From Dehalococcoidia bacterium (GTDB taxonomy: Bacteria; Chloroflexota; Dehalococcoidia; UBA2979): 37,386 bases of DNA. The DNA is taken from contig SCTU01000205.1 in assembly GCA_004297315.1 (NCBI GenBank), positions 1-37,386 of the forward strand, written 5' to 3'. Below, in pieces: positions 34,633 to 37,386 of this stretch; positions within the stretch are counted from its first letter, which is position 1; every line of letters starts with the position of its first letter. The notes under the pieces were generated by a model. The model worked only from the letters and a program-made list of their open reading frames with translations, was not told where the DNA came from and ran no database searches. A program made the translations under genes and the position numbers.

Positions 34633-35036
34633 GGTGCCACCGTGCCCGAGGCGCCCAGCCCTTCGTGCCCGGGATGGTCCGTCGAGTGCGCCTCGGGCTC
34701 CGCGAGCCGCTCGCGGATGGCCGGGCCAACCCAGACCGTCGAGACGGTGAACAAGATGGCGAACACGAGCACGGCAATGCCCGGTGCGACCCAGGTGCCG
34801 AAACGACGCCGAAGTCGCAGTAGCGACGGCACCATGAGGAGCAGCCCGATCGCACCAAACACCACGGTGCCGGTGAGCCCCGAGACCACGGCGGCACCAG
34901 CGATTGGGCCAACGTGGTGAAGGACGTGCGGGGCGATCCCGCTCGCTGCCCCGATGGCCCCCGCCAGTGCGACGCGGAGCCGGACTCCGGGGCCGCGTCG
35001 TGGGACCGTGTCCAGCGTGCGTGCGGTGATGCTCAT
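34629..35036 (-). CDS. Hypothetical membrane protein with HVLHHVGP and C-terminal His-rich motifs
   Basis: Track ORF 34629-35102. I prefer the ATG at 35036 (MSITARTLD...). About four TM helices are predicted by eye. It carries an H-x2-HH motif at the first TM helix and the tail EAHSTDHPGHEG. I do not recognise a family. Confidence 0.5.
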   Translation of the reverse strand: MSITARTLDTVPRRGPGVRLRVALAGAIGAASGIAPHVLHHVGPIAGAAVVSGLTGTVVFGAIGLLLMVPSLLRLRRRFGTWVAPGIAVLVFAILFTVSTVWVGPAIRERLAEPEAHSTDHPGHEGLGASGTVAP

Positions 35037-35157
35037 GCGGAGCCTCGTCGACCGAACGAGCCGACCTCGATGGACCGGACCGCCTGATCCTACACGAACC
35101 ACGACCGTCGGTAGTAGTTGTGCGACGATCGCGAAGCAGAAGTCAGAGAGGCCGCAA

Positions 35158-35964
35158 CTAACCGAGATGGGGGCAGGCGACGCAGAAGATACCGGTCCAG
35201 ATCAGCGCATGGGCGAGGAGGGGCAGTCCGAACAGCCCCGCGAATACCGGCGCCGCCTGCCGCTCGCTGACGAGAGGCGGGGTCTCAGGCTGCGCGAGCC
35301 ATGCCAGCCGCTCAGCCGTGCCGACGCCGGACAACGCTGCCCCACCCGCCGCGACGCCTGCCGCGCCGACGATGGCCTCGAACAGGTCTTCGCGTCTGGC
35401 GCCCGCCGCGAGGGCCGCGCTGTCGGCGCGCCACTCCATCTCAATCCTCAGGCTGCTGAACAGGCGCCGCGCGCCGGGGAATGCGCCGACGGCGGCTTCC
35501 GCGAGGGAGACCAGCGCCAGCCAACGCACGTCATGGTGGGACATATGCGCCCGTTCGTGCAGCAGCGCAGCATGCAACGCCCCGGCATCGAGCGTTTGCT
35601 CGGCGCCAGCCGTTGCGTAGATCACGGGCTGCCGGAGGCCGGCCGTGAAGAGCGCCACCTGGGTGCCGGGCACACTGACGTAGCGGACACCTCCGGAACT
35701 CTGCGGCAGGCCCTGCCGTGTGAGTGCCGTGAGACAACGCTCGGCGACTATCCAGCGGACCGCCCCGCGCCCGAGGCCGATGAGGGGCAGAAGGGAGACC
35801 GCGCCCAGCACGGACAATGGGATGAGATCGAGGTGCGCTCCGAGATGTGGTGCGGCGCCAGAATGGGATGCGACCGCGGGGGCGAGCATGTGGGCAAAGG
35901 CGAGCGGGAACGCGACTCCGCCGAGGACCGCGACGGCCAGTGTCGCGCGCGCGCCGGTACTCAC
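35158..35964 (-). CDS. M56-family (BlaR1/MecR1-like) membrane zinc metalloprotease lacking an extracellular sensor domain
   Basis: The GTG start overlaps the repressor stop (GTGA). The HEXXH motif is LLHERAHMSHHD. The protein is 268 aa with TM helices. The N-terminal His cluster is AHMLAPAVASHSGAAPHLGAHLD and the extreme C-terminus is IFCVACPHLG. Confidence 0.8.
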   Translation of the reverse strand: MSTGARATLAVAVLGGVAFPLAFAHMLAPAVASHSGAAPHLGAHLDLIPLSVLGAVSLLPLIGLGRGAVRWIVAERCLTALTRQGLPQSSGGVRYVSVPGTQVALFTAGLRQPVIYATAGAEQTLDAGALHAALLHERAHMSHHDVRWLALVSLAEAAVGAFPGARRLFSSLRIEMEWRADSAALAAGARREDLFEAIVGAAGVAAGGAALSGVGTAERLAWLAQPETPPLVSERQAAPVFAGLFGLPLLAHALIWTGIFCVACPHLG

Positions 35965-36344
35965 CGCCGCATCCTCAGTTTCGACCGAAGCGTGGCGACC
36001 ATCTGCGGGTCGAGGCGGTTCGCCTCCGCGAGAAATGCTCCGACGCCGGCGGTGCCGAGGTCGACCAGGACGGCGGCGAGGGATTCGGCGCGACGTTCGG
36101 CGAACTCCTCGCGCGTCATCGCGGGAGCATAGAGGTGGCTCCGTCCGCCGGCACGCCGCACGACGAGCCGTTTTACCGTGAGCCGTTGAAGCACCGTCAA
36201 GATCGTGGTGTAGGAGAGGCCACGCGGCGTCCCCACGCGCTCGTAGGTCGCCGGGGTTGAGAGTTCACCCTCGTCCCAGAGTGCGTCCAGCACAGCGGCT
36301 TCCAGTTCGCCCAGTGGTTGAAGAGGGTTCCGCTTTCGTGCCAT
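35961..36344 (-). CDS. BlaI/MecI/CopY-family winged-helix transcriptional repressor (no cysteines)
   Basis: LGELEAAVLDALWDEGELSTPATYERVG...LSYTTILTVLQRLTVKRLVVRR is typical of the penicillinase-repressor family. It is 127 aa, contains no Cys, and lacks the CopY C-terminal CxCx4CxC motif. Confidence 0.85.
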   Translation of the reverse strand: MARKRNPLQPLGELEAAVLDALWDEGELSTPATYERVGTPRGLSYTTILTVLQRLTVKRLVVRRAGGRSHLYAPAMTREEFAERRAESLAAVLVDLGTAGVGAFLAEANRLDPQMVATLRSKLRMRR

Positions 36345-36367
36345 GACGACATCGTACCAGCAGCAAC

Positions 36368-36381
36368 ATGGCGATCGCCAT
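36368..36381. promoter_or_regulatory. Perfect 14-bp palindrome ATGGCGATCGCCAT in the divergent repressor/cupredoxin promoter region
   Basis: Self-complementary over all 14 nt and directly abuts the CTAC-N8-GTAG dyad. Its function is unknown. Confidence 0.3.
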
Positions 36382-36383
36382 CA

Positions 36384-36401
36384 ACTACGACAGCACGTAG
36401 T
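36384..36401. promoter_or_regulatory. Dyad ACTACG-N6-CGTAGT (CTAC-N8-GTAG), candidate autoregulatory BlaI/CopY-family operator
   Basis: Perfect 6-bp inverted repeat ACTACGacagcaCGTAGT, 40 nt upstream of the repressor ATG (36344) and 51 nt upstream of the cupredoxin GTG (36452). Confidence 0.5.
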
Positions 36402-36451
36402 ATCATTGGGCGTGGCGGAAGCCCCGCCCCCACCGATGGAAGGATCGCCGA

Positions 36452-36928
36452 GTGCCGGCAGTCATATTGCGGCGCGTCTCCCTCGTCGCTTCGCTCGTGG
36501 CCGCCGCCCTGGTCGCCGCCTGCGCGGGCAGCGACCAGGGCGGCGGCGCAGGTTCGTCTGCTTCCAGCGCCAGTCTGGTCACGGTTGTGGCAACGGATCT
36601 CGCGTTTGAGCCTCGAGAGGTCCGCATCGCCGCTGACCAGCGCGTGAGCGTGCGGCTCAAGAACAAGGGGAAGGTTCTCCACGACTGGACCATCGAGCGC
36701 ATCCCAGTGACCGGAGTCGAGATGCGAGCGTCCGATAACCATGCGATGGAGCCTGGCGGCGGCATGGTGTCCGGGAGCGCAGGCCCTGGTGAGCTGCACA
36801 TCGCCGCCGAGGTGGGCCGAACGGCGCAGATCACCTTCACACCGAAACAGCCCGGCGAGTACGTCTTCTACTGCACGGTGGCCGGCCATCGGCAGGCAGG
36901 GATGCAAGGCAGGCTGGTCGTCGGATGA
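36452..36928 (+). CDS. Cupredoxin (type-1 blue copper) lipoprotein
   Basis: GGAAGGA lies 7 nt upstream of the GTG at 36452. The lipobox is LVAACAG. The copper ligand pattern is H (VLHDW) ... C-x4-H-x4-M (FYCTVAGHRQAGM). Confidence 0.85.
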   Translation: MPAVILRRVSLVASLVAAALVAACAGSDQGGGAGSSASSASLVTVVATDLAFEPREVRIAADQRVSVRLKNKGKVLHDWTIERIPVTGVEMRASDNHAMEPGGGMVSGSAGPGELHIAAEVGRTAQITFTPKQPGEYVFYCTVAGHRQAGMQGRLVVG

Positions 36929-37314
36929 GGCGCTGGCGCAGCATGACTCGGTGGAGACTCCGCGTGGCGATCGCGCTCGCCGCGTCCGTTGCCGTCGCAG
37001 GCGCGTGCGGGGGAGGCTCAGAGCCTGCTCCCGCGTTCACGGGGACCGATGGCGCCGCACTCTACGCTCAGGCCTGCGCCTCGTGTCACGGTGCCGGCCT
37101 GCGAGGCACGAAGCAGGGCCCGCCCTTCCTGGACGCGATCTACCGTCCGGGGCATCACGCCGACGCGGCGTTCTTCCTTGCGGTGAAGGGCGGCGCACGC
37201 CAGCACCACTGGAACTTCGGAAACATGCCGCCGGTCCAGGGCCTCAGCGACCCACAGATCGAGGCCATCGTCGCCTTAGTCCGAGAACGACAGCACGCCG
37301 CCGGCATCGACTGA
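36925..37314 (+). CDS. Class-I c-type cytochrome lipoprotein
   Basis: The ATGA start overlaps the cupredoxin stop. The lipobox is VAGACGG, the haem site is CASCH, and the candidate distal Met is in GNMPP. Confidence 0.85.
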   Translation: MRRWRSMTRWRLRVAIALAASVAVAGACGGGSEPAPAFTGTDGAALYAQACASCHGAGLRGTKQGPPFLDAIYRPGHHADAAFFLAVKGGARQHHWNFGNMPPVQGLSDPQIEAIVALVRERQHAAGID

Positions 37315-37386
37315 CGGCCCATCAGGGTTGGTCACTGCACCGGTCGGCGCGACGCACATCGCAATCGCGCCCGGAAACGCAACCTC

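Noticed and set aside
35089-35117. CCTAC ... GTAGTAG in the 55-bp gap between the M56 gene and the His-motif membrane protein gene, considered as a fourth operator.
   Set aside because: The half-sites are separated by 17-20 nt rather than 8, so this does not fit the dyad seen at the other three sites. It could be a degenerate or alternative site, but I cannot support that.
36405-36435. C/G-tract GCCCCGCCCCCACC upstream of the cupredoxin gene, considered as a CsoR-type operator.
   Set aside because: Only one C-rich half is present, with no matching GGGGTGGG partner, and no csoR gene is in the window.
8603-36978. Apparent enrichment of the HIP1-like octamer GCGATCGC. I noticed at least eight copies, for example near 8603, 17350, 19274, 27606, 31611, 34427, 36371 and 36969.
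   Set aside because: Most copies lie in coding sequence, where Ala-Ile-Ala / Arg-Ser-Arg codon strings generate it. Without genome-wide statistics I cannot separate this from codon bias.
1-37386. Search for tRNA/rRNA genes, CRISPR arrays, IS elements, integrases or terminal inverted repeats.
   Set aside because: No T-loop-like GGTTCGAATCC motifs, no regularly spaced direct repeats and no transposase or integrase-like ORFs were seen. The copper island therefore shows no visible mobility signature within this window.

Overview
Very GC-rich bacterial chromosomal window with GGAGG-type Shine-Dalgarno sites, frequent 4-nt stop/start overlaps, and Tat and lipobox signals. This style fits Thermomicrobia/Chloroflexota or Actinobacteria, but I cannot assign taxonomy from sequence alone. 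All coordinates and motifs were hand-counted, so small motifs may be off by 1-2 nt. No similarity search was run; family calls rest on motifs I can read in the translations. Contents, left to right: (1) a partial TPR-like regulator gene running off the left edge. (2) An SOS-type mutagenesis cassette: a LexA (Cheo-type) box, imuB, a small translationally coupled ORF and dnaE2, with no imuA. (3) A minus-strand operon: PDZ-less trypsin-like protease, MoxR AAA+ ATPase, DUF58 protein and two VWA proteins (Bat-like). (4) An orphan PAS histidine kinase, a CinA/PncC-like amidase and a class-I flavoprotein disulfide reductase. (5) A frameshifted Crp/Fnr regulator gene flanked by two small ORFs below the ORF-track size cutoff; together they carry three classical C2H2 zinc-finger motifs. 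(6) An acyl-CoA catabolic cluster: IclR, XRE, crotonase, family-5 solute-binding lipoprotein, two ABC permeases with no ATPase, a tandem-fused family-III CoA-transferase and an acyl-CoA dehydrogenase. (7) A roughly 10-kb copper-handling island: a MacB/FtsX-type ABC exporter whose ATPase carries a C-terminal YHS/TRASH domain, a Met/His-rich anchored protein, a CopA P-type ATPase with an N-terminal YHS domain, a 48-aa stand-alone YHS protein, a SHOCT membrane protein, DoxX, a His-motif membrane protein, a Cys-free BlaI/CopY-family repressor coupled to a sensor-less M56 protease ending in CVACPH, and a cupredoxin plus cytochrome c. The most interesting signal is a CTAC-N8-GTAG dyad found exactly three times in the 27-37.4 kb stretch I scanned. 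All three copies sit in promoter regions of the copper island, which suggests one regulon under the BlaI/M56 pair. I found no rRNA, tRNA, CRISPR array or obvious mobile element.
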